A DNA stretch of 24,000 bases from an uncultured beta proteobacterium (GTDB lineage: Bacteria > Pseudomonadota > Gammaproteobacteria > Burkholderiales > Burkholderiaceae_F), in assembly GCA_963810985.1 (NCBI GenBank), contig CAWEPP010000011.1, positions 1 through 24,000 on the forward strand, read 5' to 3'. Position 1 is the first letter of the stretch, and each line of letters opens with the position of its first letter. The position numbers were made by a program, and so were the translations under genes. The notes under the pieces were generated by a model, which saw only the letters and a list, made by a program, of their open reading frames with translations, ran no database searches and was not told where the DNA came from. Positions 9,963-18,069 of the stretch are shown here, in pieces.

Positions 9963-11219
9963 ATGGACCGCAGACAATTCATCCAGGCCGGGGGCGCTGC
10001 CGCCCTCAGCTTTAGTTCTATTTCGACCGCGTTCGGACAGGACAAGACACCGATCAAGGTCGGCGTCCTGCATTCGCTGTCCGGCACGATGGCAATTTCC
10101 GAGACGGCGCTGAAGGAAACGGCACTGATGACCTTCGCGGAAATCAATGCCGCGGGTGGCGTGATGGGACGTCCGATCGAGCCCGTCGTCGTCGATCCGG
10201 CGTCGAACTGGCCGCTGTTCGCCGAGAAGGCGCGACAACTTATCACGCAGGACAAGGTCGTTGCCACGTTCGGTTGCTGGACGTCGGTGTCGCGCAAATC
10301 GGTGCTGCCGGTGTTCAAGGAACTCAACTCGATTCTGTACTACCCGGTGCAGTATGAAGGCGAAGAGCTCGAGAAGAACGTCTTCTACACCGGCGCCGCT
10401 CCGAACCAGCAGGCGATTCCTGCGACCGAGTACCTGATGAGCAAGGAAGGTGGGGCCGCCAAGCGCTTCTTCCTGCTCGGCACGGATTACGTCTACCCGC
10501 GTACGACCAACAAGATCCTGCGCGCTTTCCTCAAGAGCAAGGGTGTCGCGGAGAAGGACATCGAAGAGGTTTACACACCCTTCGGTCACAGTGACTACCA
10601 GACGATCGTCGCCAATATCAAGAAATTTGCGGCAGGCGGCAAGACCTGTGTCATCTCGACCATCAACGGCGACTCGAACGTGCCGTTCTACAAGGAACTC
10701 GGCAATGCCGGATTGAAGGCGAAGGACGTGCCCGTCGTGGCGTTCTCGGTCGGTGAAGAAGAGTTGCGCGGTGTCGACACCAAGCCGCTGGTCGGTCACC
10801 TCGCGGCGTGGAACTACTTCATGTCGCTGAAGAATCCGCAGAACGATGCCTTCATCAAGATGTACAAGGAATGGGCCGTCAAGCAGAAGCTGCCCAATGC
10901 CGACAAGGTCGTGACCAACGATCCGATGGAAGCGACCTATGTCGGCATCCACATGTGGAAGCAGGCGGTCGAGAAGGCCAAGTCCGTCGAGGCCGACAAG
11001 GTCATCGCGGCGATGGCTGGACAGAAGTTCAACGCGCCATGCGGCTTCGAGATCAAGATGGACGAGACCAATCACCACCTGTGGAAGCCGGTGATGATCG
11101 GCGAGATCCGCCCCGACGGACAGTTCAACGTCGTGTGGAAGACGAAGGGCCCGGTGCGCGCACAGCCGTGGAGCCCCTTCATCCCGGGCAACGAGAAGAA
11201 GCCCAACTCTCCCGTCTGA
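9963..11219 (+). CDS. urtA: urea ABC transporter substrate-binding protein
   Basis: The track ORF 9504..11219 is trimmed to ATG 9963 (GGAGAGAGG immediately upstream). The leader is MDRRQFIQAGGAAALSFSSISTAFG. The mature part reads IKVGVLHSLSGTMAISE...YPVQYEG...ISTINGDSN, typical of UrtA. Confidence 0.95.
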   Translation: MDRRQFIQAGGAAALSFSSISTAFGQDKTPIKVGVLHSLSGTMAISETALKETALMTFAEINAAGGVMGRPIEPVVVDPASNWPLFAEKARQLITQDKVVATFGCWTSVSRKSVLPVFKELNSILYYPVQYEGEELEKNVFYTGAAPNQQAIPATEYLMSKEGGAAKRFFLLGTDYVYPRTTNKILRAFLKSKGVAEKDIEEVYTPFGHSDYQTIVANIKKFAAGGKTCVISTINGDSNVPFYKELGNAGLKAKDVPVVAFSVGEEELRGVDTKPLVGHLAAWNYFMSLKNPQNDAFIKMYKEWAVKQKLPNADKVVTNDPMEATYVGIHMWKQAVEKAKSVEADKVIAAMAGQKFNAPCGFEIKMDETNHHLWKPVMIGEIRPDGQFNVVWKTKGPVRAQPWSPFIPGNEKKPNSPV

Positions 11220-11230
11220 GAAAGCGGCAG

Positions 11231-11273
11231 GCGCGCAGGACACCGATCCCTGGAACGGCGGTGTTCTGCGCGC
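11231..11273 (+). terminator. intercistronic stem-loop after urtA (partial terminator / mRNA stabiliser candidate)
   Basis: GCGCGCAGGACACCG (11231-11245) pairs with CGGTGTTCTGCGCGC (11259-11273). That gives 14 Watson-Crick pairs plus one G-U, with a 13-nt loop, starting 12 nt after the urtA stop. No U-tract follows (TTCACC). Confidence 0.4.
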
Positions 11274-11289
11274 TTCACCGCGACCTTCC

Positions 11290-12903
11290 ATGCTGCTCCG
11301 TTTCCTGCGCGCGCTCGCCTGCGTGCTGGCGCTCCTCGCGGCGCCGGCATGGGCGGCGCTCGATCCGTCTCTGGTGGCTCAACTTGGCGCCGAGGATTCG
11401 GATGCGCGCGTCGAGGCGATCCGCAAGCTGGTCGCGACCGAGGACCCACGTGTCATCGACATCCTCAAGGCACTCGACAGTGACGCCCTCGCACTGACCG
11501 ACAACGGCAAGCGCGCCGTCATCGTGGCGAGCGGCCGCCTGACGGACGCCGCCACCGGCCAGGCGGCCGGGGCCGCTCCCGCGAACCTCGAGACGATCGT
11601 CATCAACAACCGCATCCGTGGCGAGGTGGGCGCCGCGCTGGCCGCGCTCCGTCTGGGAAGCAGCGACCGCGCCGAACGACTGGCTGCTGCCAAGGAGCTG
11701 CAGGGATCAGACAACGAGGACGCACTGCCGATCATCGAGCGCGCGATCGCGAAGGAAGCTGACCCCGAGATCAGATCAATCCTGCTGCTAGCCGGTGCAT
11801 CGCTGGCACTGAAGAGCAGCGAGCCCGAACTTCGCGCCAAGGCGGCGCGTGCGCTGGCGGCCAGCGACGATCCGCAGGTGCGGCAACTGCTGGCGACGAT
11901 GCTGTCGAAACAGAAAGACGGCAGCTACACCGAAGCGGACGAAAAAGTGCGCGACGCCGCACAGGCCTCGCTCGCCGAGATCAATGCACGCCTGCGCACG
12001 ACCGAGATCGGACTGGCTCTCTTCTCCGGCGTGAGCCTCGGCTCGATCCTGCTGCTGGCGGCACTGGGACTCGCGATCACCTATGGCCTGATGGGCATCA
12101 TCAACATGGCGCACGGCGAGTTCCTGATGATTGGCGCCTATGCGACCTATGTCGTGCAAGGAATCTTCCGCGCCCACTTCCCGGACGCGTTCGACTGGTA
12201 CGTGGTCGCTGCGCTGCCTGTCGCGTTCCTGGCCACCGCCGCGATCGGCATGGCGCTCGAGCGCGGCGTGCTGCGCTGGCTCTACGGACGTCCGCTCGAA
12301 ACCCTGTTGACCACCTGGGGCGTGAGCCTGCTGCTGATCCAGGCCAGTCGCATGATCTTCGGCGCGCAGAACGTCGAGGTCGAGAATCCGAGCTGGCTGT
12401 CCGGCGGCATCGTTCTCGGCGGCGGCTACGTGCTGCCATTCAATCGCATGGTCATCGTGCTGTTCGCGCTCGCCGTGCTGGCCGCCGTGTGGCTGGTCAT
12501 CAATCGAACACGCATGGGGCTTTTCGTGCGCGGCGTGACGCAGAACCGCGCGATGGCGAGCTGCACCGGCGTGCCGACCAACCGCGTCGACATGCTGACC
12601 TTTGGCCTCGGTTCCGGTGTGGCCGGACTCGGCGGTGTCGCGCTGTCGCAGATCGGCAATGTCGGGCCCGATCTTGGGCAGAGCTACATCGTCGACAGCT
12701 TCATGGTCGTGGTGCTCGGTGGCGTCGGCCAGCTCGCCGGCACCGTGATCGCGGCCTTCGGACTCGGCTCGATCGCCAAGTTCCTCGAACCGTGGTCGGG
12801 CGCCGTGCTGGCAAAGATCATGGTGCTGGTGTTCATCATTCTTTTCATACAGAAGCGGCCGCAGGGGTTGTTCGCCTTGAAGGGGCGTAGTGCTGAGGTG
12901 TAG
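11290..12903 (+). CDS. urtB: urea ABC transporter permease UrtB with N-terminal HEAT-like periplasmic domain
   Basis: 537-aa ORF. The signal peptide is MLLRFLRALACVLALLAAPAWA. About 215 aa follow with repeated D..VR..A..L motifs (DARVEAIRKLV, DRAERLAAAKEL, DPEIRSILLLA, EPELRAKAARALAASDDPQVRQLL). The branched-chain-type permease core then runs from ~aa 239 (GLMGIINMAHGEFLMIGAY). Confidence 0.93.
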   Translation: MLLRFLRALACVLALLAAPAWAALDPSLVAQLGAEDSDARVEAIRKLVATEDPRVIDILKALDSDALALTDNGKRAVIVASGRLTDAATGQAAGAAPANLETIVINNRIRGEVGAALAALRLGSSDRAERLAAAKELQGSDNEDALPIIERAIAKEADPEIRSILLLAGASLALKSSEPELRAKAARALAASDDPQVRQLLATMLSKQKDGSYTEADEKVRDAAQASLAEINARLRTTEIGLALFSGVSLGSILLLAALGLAITYGLMGIINMAHGEFLMIGAYATYVVQGIFRAHFPDAFDWYVVAALPVAFLATAAIGMALERGVLRWLYGRPLETLLTTWGVSLLLIQASRMIFGAQNVEVENPSWLSGGIVLGGGYVLPFNRMVIVLFALAVLAAVWLVINRTRMGLFVRGVTQNRAMASCTGVPTNRVDMLTFGLGSGVAGLGGVALSQIGNVGPDLGQSYIVDSFMVVVLGGVGQLAGTVIAAFGLGSIAKFLEPWSGAVLAKIMVLVFIILFIQKRPQGLFALKGRSAEV

Positions 12904-13075
12904 GACTCCCGGTGAAACAGCACACTCTCCTTCGCCGCACGCCCCTGGGTCTCACAAAGAACGAGAGGGCTGGGCATGCCCCCTCGTGCTCCCCCAGCCA
13001 AGGAGAGCTTGAGCAGCGTTGCGATGCAGCCTTCCATAGCGCGCTCCGCGCGCGACGCGACCGCTCGAGGCCAAC

Positions 13076-14209
13076 ATGACGCGGCTCTTTCCGCTGCGCG
13101 TCTGGACCGCGATCCTCGCTGTGACGGCGGTACTGCTCGTTGTCATCCCGGTACTGCATCTCGCCGTCCCCGAGACCAGCCCGTTTCATGTTTCCAGCTT
13201 CTGGATCACGCTGCTCGGCAAGTTCATGTGCTACGCCGTCGTCGCGCTGGCGATGGACCTGATCTGGGGCTACACCGGCATCCTGTCGCTCGGCCAGGGT
13301 CTGTTCTTCGCGCTCGGAGGCTACGCCTTCGGCATGTACCTGATGCGGCAGATCGGCCGCGACGGTGTGTACCAGAGCGATCTGCCGGACTTCATGGTGT
13401 TCCTCGACTGGAAGGAACTGCCCTGGTACTGGGGGCTCAGCGATTCGTTCCTCTGGACGCTGGTCCTGATCGTTGCCGTGCCGGGCATCGTCGCTCTCAT
13501 CTTCGGCTTCTTCGCGTTCCGCTCGCGCATCAAGGGCGTGTACTTCTCGATCATCACGCAGGCGCTGACCTACGCCGCGATGCTTGCCTTCTTCCGCAAT
13601 GACATGGGATTCGGCGGCAATAACGGCTTCACCGATTTCAAGCGCATCTTCGGGTTTCCGATCGCTGCGCCGGAAACGCGCACTACGCTCTACGTGCTCT
13701 CGGGGCTGGTGCTGCTGGGATCGCTGCTGCTGGCGCGCTGGATCGTCGCGAGCAAGTTCGGTCGCGTGCTCACGGCCATTCGCGACCAGGAGTCGCGCCT
13801 GATGTTCCTCGGTTACCGCACGCTGTACTTCAAGCTTTTCATCTGGACCGCGGCGGCCGTGATGAGCGGCATCGCCGGCGCGCTCTACGTGCCGCAGGTC
13901 GGCATCATCAATCCGAGCGAAATGAGCCCGGCCAACTCGATCGAGATCGCCATCTGGGCGGCCGTCGGCGGACGCGGGACGTTGTTTGGTCCGATCCTCG
14001 GCGCCTTCGCGGTCAACGGCGCGAAGACCTGGTTCACGGTCGCCTATCCGGAACTCTGGCTCTACTTCCTCGGCCTGCTGTTCGTGCTCGTGACTCTGCT
14101 GCTGCCGCGCGGCCTGATGGGGCTCGCTGATTCGCTCCGGCTGCGGCGCCGGAGTCCGGCGTCCGGCGCAACGGCGCTCGGTGTCAAGGCCCAGGAGGCT
14201 CGCTCGTGA
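13076..14209 (+). CDS. urtC: urea ABC transporter permease
   Basis: 377-aa ORF with GAGG 6 nt before the ATG. Motifs present: DLIWGYTGILSLGQGLFFALGGYAFGMYLMRQIG and ESRLMFLGYRT. An in-frame stop at 13037 excludes an earlier start. Confidence 0.93.
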   Translation: MTRLFPLRVWTAILAVTAVLLVVIPVLHLAVPETSPFHVSSFWITLLGKFMCYAVVALAMDLIWGYTGILSLGQGLFFALGGYAFGMYLMRQIGRDGVYQSDLPDFMVFLDWKELPWYWGLSDSFLWTLVLIVAVPGIVALIFGFFAFRSRIKGVYFSIITQALTYAAMLAFFRNDMGFGGNNGFTDFKRIFGFPIAAPETRTTLYVLSGLVLLGSLLLARWIVASKFGRVLTAIRDQESRLMFLGYRTLYFKLFIWTAAAVMSGIAGALYVPQVGIINPSEMSPANSIEIAIWAAVGGRGTLFGPILGAFAVNGAKTWFTVAYPELWLYFLGLLFVLVTLLLPRGLMGLADSLRLRRRSPASGATALGVKAQEARS

Positions 14210-15033
14210 GCGAGCCCGCCGTACACGCACTGTCCGGGGGTGGTGATGTGACCGGCTACGGTCACCTGCTGAAACCTGACGAGGTCGACACCTCGCACGG
14301 CCCCATCCTGTACCTCGATGACATCACGGTCAGCTTCGACGGCTTCAAGGCGCTGAACAGGCTTTCGCTCACCATCGAGCGCGGTGAGCTGCGCTGTGTC
14401 ATCGGTCCCAACGGCGCGGGCAAGACGACGATGATGGATGTCATCACCGGCAAGACGCGTCCGGATGCCGGCACCGCCTTCTTCGGTCAGACCTTCGATC
14501 TGGCCCGCCTGCCCGAGACCGAGATCGCACGCCTCGGCATCGGCCGCAAGTTCCAGAAACCCACGGTCTTCGAGAACCACACCGTGTTCGAGAACCTCGA
14601 ACTGGCGATGAAGACCGACAAGCGCGTCAAGCCCACGCTGCTCGCAGAACTCACTCCGGCGCAGCAGGAACTGATCGCCCGCACGTTGAAGACGATCCGC
14701 CTGGAAGGCAGCGAGCAGCGACGCGCCGGGGCGTTGTCGCACGGGCAGAAGCAGTGGCTGGAGATTGGCATGCTGCTGGTGCAGGAGCCCGAACTCATCC
14801 TCCTCGACGAACCGGTCGCCGGCATGACCGACGCCGAGACCGACCGCACCGCCGAGCTGATCCTCGAACTCGAAGGCAGCCACTCGATCATGGTCGTCGA
14901 GCACGACATGGATTTCGTCAACCGCATCGCGCGCAAGGTGACGGTGCTGCACGAAGGCAACGTGCTGGCCGAAGGGCCGATGAACGTGGTGCAGAACGAC
15001 GAGCGAGTAATCGAGGTGTACCTTGGGCGCTGA
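14206..15033 (+). CDS. urtD: urea ABC transporter ATP-binding protein
   Basis: GTG start in a GTGA overlap with the urtC stop. It has Walker A GPNGAGKTT, the signature LSHGQKQWLEIG and Walker B LILLDEP. Confidence 0.93.
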   Translation: MSEPAVHALSGGGDVTGYGHLLKPDEVDTSHGPILYLDDITVSFDGFKALNRLSLTIERGELRCVIGPNGAGKTTMMDVITGKTRPDAGTAFFGQTFDLARLPETEIARLGIGRKFQKPTVFENHTVFENLELAMKTDKRVKPTLLAELTPAQQELIARTLKTIRLEGSEQRRAGALSHGQKQWLEIGMLLVQEPELILLDEPVAGMTDAETDRTAELILELEGSHSIMVVEHDMDFVNRIARKVTVLHEGNVLAEGPMNVVQNDERVIEVYLGR

Positions 15034-15127
15034 AGCGTTCGGCGGCGCGACGCGCGGTGACTGTTTGATGCGCTACCCGCGGAGATTCTCACAGCCTTTG
15101 ACGACCGACCGCTCACGGCGCGGGGCC

Positions 15128-15169
15128 GGTTACTTTCTTTGCTTCGCCAAAGAAAGTAACCAAAGAAAG
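15128..15169. repeat. left subterminal AT-rich hairpin module of the element
   Basis: GGTTACTTTCTTTG-cttcgc-CAAAGAAAGTAACC forms a perfect 14-bp stem at 15128-15161. It is followed by the CAAAGAAAG reiteration. Confidence 0.9.
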
Positions 15170-15533
15170 GCGACCGCACGATGCCGACCTACGCTTCGCT
15201 CCGGCTTCCCTTGCGCTGCTGGGCACCAGCGGGCCGTGCGCGAAACTCGCTCCCTGCGGTCACTCAGACACGCGCCCGGCACGGCCCCGCTGCTGCCCCA
15301 CACCGCTGCGGCGTCATCGAGCGGATTTACCCCGTCGCGGTGCCAGCACGGCGACGCTTCGAGGGTTCTGCCCTCGAGGCCGCCGAGCAGCACAGGGCGG
15401 GCCGGGGCCTTCGGCCATCGACTGTCCGAAGCACGTGGCTCGGCGCGCCGCGCTGAGATCGTGCGAGTTTCGATGGCCGCCGGACCGTCCGAGCAGCGCA
15501 GGGCACCCCGCAGGGGCGGTTTCGTGGGCGCGG

Positions 15534-15574
15534 CTTTCTTTGGTTACTTTCTTTGCCAAGACAAAGAAAGTAAC
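15534..15574. repeat. right subterminal AT-rich hairpin module (mirror of 15128-15169)
   Basis: CTTTCTTTG precedes GTTACTTTCTTTG-ccaaga-CAAAGAAAGTAAC, a perfect 13-bp stem at 15543-15574. This is the reverse complement of the left module except for the loop. Confidence 0.9.
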
Positions 15575-15651
15575 GGGCCACGCGGCCCTGAAGCGCGCCT
15601 CGGAGTCAAAGATGCACAGGCCGCGCGCAGCGCGAAGAAGAAGTGCGCAGC

Positions 15652-16350
15652 ATGCTGACCATCGACTCCCTCAACCAGTACTACGGTGGCAGCCACATCC
15701 TGCGCGACGTCTCACTCGAAGTGCGCGCCGCGGCCTGCACGGTACTACTCGGCCGCAACGGCGTCGGCAAGACGACGCTGCTGAAGACCATCATGGGTCT
15801 GGTCATCGCACGCAGCGGTTCGATGCGTTTCGACGGGCAGGACCTCATGCGCCTGCCGCCGTACCAGCGGGTCCGCGCCGGCATCGGCTACGTGCCGCAG
15901 GGTCGTGAGATCTTCAACCGACTGACGGTCGAAGAGAACCTGATGATGGGTCTCGCTCCCCTGTCAGGCGCCGCCGCGCGCCGCGTGCCCGAGCACATCT
16001 TCGAACTCTTCCCCGTACTGAAGCAGATGCTGAAGCGGCGTGGCGGTGATCTCTCGGGCGGGCAGCAGCAGCAGCTTGCCATCGGGCGGGCACTCGCGGC
16101 CGACCCCAAGCTGCTGATCCTCGACGAGCCGACGGAGGGCATCCAGCCGTCGATCATCAAGGAAATCGGCGCCGTGATCCGCAAACTGGTGACGGAGAAG
16201 AAGATGGCGGTGCTGCTGGTCGAGCAGTACTACGATTTTGCCGAATCGCTGGCTGATTCGTATGCCGTGATGTCGCGTGGCCAGATCACGCATCGCGGCA
16301 GCGGCCACCAGATGAAAGAGGAGAATGTCGTCGGATTGCTGGCGATCTGA
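15652..16350 (+). CDS. urtE: urea ABC transporter ATP-binding protein
   Basis: The track ORF starts at GTG 15643. I prefer ATG 15652 (MLTIDSLNQYYGGSHILRDVSLEV), matching the usual UrtE N-terminus, with a GAAGAAGAAG purine tract upstream. It has Walker A GRNGVGKTT, the signature LSGGQQQQLAIGRAL and Walker B LLILDEP. Confidence 0.93.
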   Translation: MLTIDSLNQYYGGSHILRDVSLEVRAAACTVLLGRNGVGKTTLLKTIMGLVIARSGSMRFDGQDLMRLPPYQRVRAGIGYVPQGREIFNRLTVEENLMMGLAPLSGAAARRVPEHIFELFPVLKQMLKRRGGDLSGGQQQQLAIGRALAADPKLLILDEPTEGIQPSIIKEIGAVIRKLVTEKKMAVLLVEQYYDFAESLADSYAVMSRGQITHRGSGHQMKEENVVGLLAI

Positions 16351-16374
16351 ACGCCGCCGGCGCACAGGGTCCCC

Positions 16375-17205
16375 ATGTTCGACGGTCAAGACGCTGCCTG
16401 GCACGCGAAGCTCGCACTGCGCTTCCATCGCAGCGAGGCTCGCACGCTGTGCACGAACCGCCATCGCGGTCCGCTGCGGATGCAGAAGTCGCTCTATCCC
16501 GAAGGCGACGCGATCTGCCATGCGGTCATCATTCATCCTCCGGGTGGCGTCGCCGGCGGCGATGCGCTCGAAGTGAACGTCGCCGTGGAATCCGGTGCCC
16601 ATGCGCTGGTGACTACGCCAGGCGCGGCCAAGTGGTACAAGGCCAACGGGCGTGCGGCCTCTCAGCAGGTGAGCCTGGGTGTCAGTGGCGTCCTCGAGTG
16701 GCTGCCGCAGGAGAGCATCGTTTTCGATGCCGCCGACGTCCGCTCCACGATCGAAATTGATCTCGGCGCCGATGCAGCAATGATCGGCTGGGACATCGTT
16801 GCGCTGGGACGCCGTGCCGCCGGCGAACGCTTCGAGCGGGGCCACTTCGCGCAATCGATACGTCTGCGCATCGGCGGCGTCCTGGCCTGGCATGAGCGCA
16901 GCCGCATCGCGGGCGGCGACCCGCTGCTTGACTCTCCGGTCGGCCTCGATGGGCATCACGTCTTCGGCTGCCTGTGGGCGGCGGGCGCTGCCCTCGAAAC
17001 CTTGGATCTCGACGCGCTGCGCGCGGAGCTGGGCGCGACGGGCGACACCGCCCCGCTCACGCGGCTCGCACCACGACTGCTGGTCGCGCGCACGCTGGCG
17101 ACCAGCACCGGCGCCGCCCGCGCGGCACTCGCTACTGTCTGGGGCGCCCTGCGGCCACGACTCTGCGGCCTGCCTGCGCGACCTCCACGGCTGTGGGCTA
17201 CCTGA
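16375..17205 (+). CDS. ureD: urease accessory protein UreD
   Basis: 276-aa ORF starting 24 nt after urtE. Motifs present: PLRMQKSLYPEGDAICHAVIIHPPGGVAGGD and TTPGAAKWYKANG, the typical UreD/UreH pattern. Confidence 0.9.
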   Translation: MFDGQDAAWHAKLALRFHRSEARTLCTNRHRGPLRMQKSLYPEGDAICHAVIIHPPGGVAGGDALEVNVAVESGAHALVTTPGAAKWYKANGRAASQQVSLGVSGVLEWLPQESIVFDAADVRSTIEIDLGADAAMIGWDIVALGRRAAGERFERGHFAQSIRLRIGGVLAWHERSRIAGGDPLLDSPVGLDGHHVFGCLWAAGAALETLDLDALRAELGATGDTAPLTRLAPRLLVARTLATSTGAARAALATVWGALRPRLCGLPARPPRLWAT

Positions 17206-17220
17206 GCACTGGGAACGACG

Positions 17221-17523
17221 ATGGAACTCTCTCCACGCGAGAAGGACAAGCTCCTGCTCTTTACGGCCGGGCTGGTGGCCGAACGTCGCAAGGCACGCGG
17301 GCTGAAGCTCAACTATCCGGAGGCCGTGGCCTACATCAGCGCCGCGATCCTCGAAGGCGCGCGCGACGGCAGGACGGTTGCCGAGCTGATGCACTTCGGC
17401 ACCACGCTGCTGACGCGCGCCGACGTGATGGACGGCGTGCCGGAGATGATTCCGGACATCCAGGTCGAGGCGACCTTCCCGGATGGCACCAAGCTTGTGA
17501 CCGTGCACCAACCCATAGGCTGA
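17221..17523 (+). CDS. ureA: urease gamma subunit
   Basis: 100 aa, reading [57 protein letters not shown]...[18 protein letters not shown]. Confidence 0.97.
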   Translation: MELSPREKDKLLLFTAGLVAERRKARGLKLNYPEAVAYISAAILEGARDGRTVAELMHFGTTLLTRADVMDGVPEMIPDIQVEATFPDGTKLVTVHQPIG

Positions 17524-17535
17524 GGGGGCCTCGCC

Positions 17536-18069
17536 ATGCTGAGCGTGAAACGGCGTGACGCGGCGGCGCTGCTGTCGCAGCGTGACGCGCTGATCGACCT
17601 GCTGATCGATGCCGTGGAAAACGGCTCTTCGGTCGGCTTCGTGCTGCCACTGGCGCGTGAGGAGGCCGGCCGTTACTGGGATGCACTCGTGCCTTCAGTC
17701 ACCGAGGGCAGCCGGCTGCTCTGGACCGCCCTGGACGGCGCCGGCCTGGTCGGCACCGTGCAACTCGAACTCGCAACGAAGAGGAATGGATTGAATCGGG
17801 CCGAAGTTCAGAAACTGCTGGTGCACTCGCGCGCGCGCCGCGGCGGCGTGGGGCGTGCGTTGATGCAGGCGCTCGAGGCCACCGCTTTCGAACTGCAACG
17901 CGGCCTGCTCCACCTGGACACCGAGGCCCGTTCCGGTGCCGAGGACTTCTATCGCGCGCTCGGCTACACCTGCATCGGCGGCCTGCCCGAATACGCCTGC
18001 AGTCCGCAAGGCGAGTGGCGCGCCAACGCGATCTACTACAAGACTCTTTTTTCGCGAGGAGCAACGTGA
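17536..18069 (+). CDS. GNAT-family N-acetyltransferase embedded between ureA and ureB
   Basis: 177 aa with the acetyl-CoA motif A region [23 protein letters not shown] and the C-terminal FYRALGY. GAGGGGG lies upstream of the ATG. The stop overlaps the ureB GTG (GTGA). Confidence 0.85.
   Translation: MLSVKRRDAAALLSQRDALIDLLIDAVENGSSVGFVLPLAREEAGRYWDALVPSVTEGSRLLWTALDGAGLVGTVQLELATKRNGLNRAEVQKLLVHSRARRGGVGRALMQALEATAFELQRGLLHLDTEARSGAEDFYRALGYTCIGGLPEYACSPQGEWRANAIYYKTLFSRGAT

Larger units (their letters stand above)
15068..15640. repeat. ~570-bp imperfect palindromic (MITE/REP-like) element filling the urtD-urtE spacer
   Basis: 15068-15368 is a diverged reverse complement of 15369-15640. The conserved mirrored blocks are listed in the findings. 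The central hairpin is GCTTCGAGGG-ttctg-CCCTCGAGGC (15356-15380). No coding signal beyond symmetric pseudo-ORFs. Confidence 0.8.

Noticed and set aside
9948-11291. 447-aa minus-strand ORF. Similar long antisense ORFs occur at 12845..14230, 15964..17511, 18036..18701, 18350..19276 and 18864..19895.
   Set aside because: Each lies opposite a strongly supported urt or ure gene. They have no recognisable domains and show extreme Arg/Asp/His or Ser/Pro bias. All are treated as shadow ORFs.
15128-15574. Repeated GGTTACTTTCTTTG...CAAAGAAAGTAAC units as a possible CRISPR array
   Set aside because: There are only two copies, in inverted rather than direct orientation. The intervening sequence is itself mirrored, and there are no cas genes. 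This is not CRISPR architecture.
15023-15658. 211-aa ORF spanning the urtD-urtE spacer (plus 14487..15179, 15130..15393, 15314..15559 and 15327..15581)
   Set aside because: These ORFs overlap the palindromic element. Similar peptides (YFL..KESN...) appear in both orientations because of DNA symmetry. There is no RBS or domain, and the content is Arg/Pro/Ala-rich.
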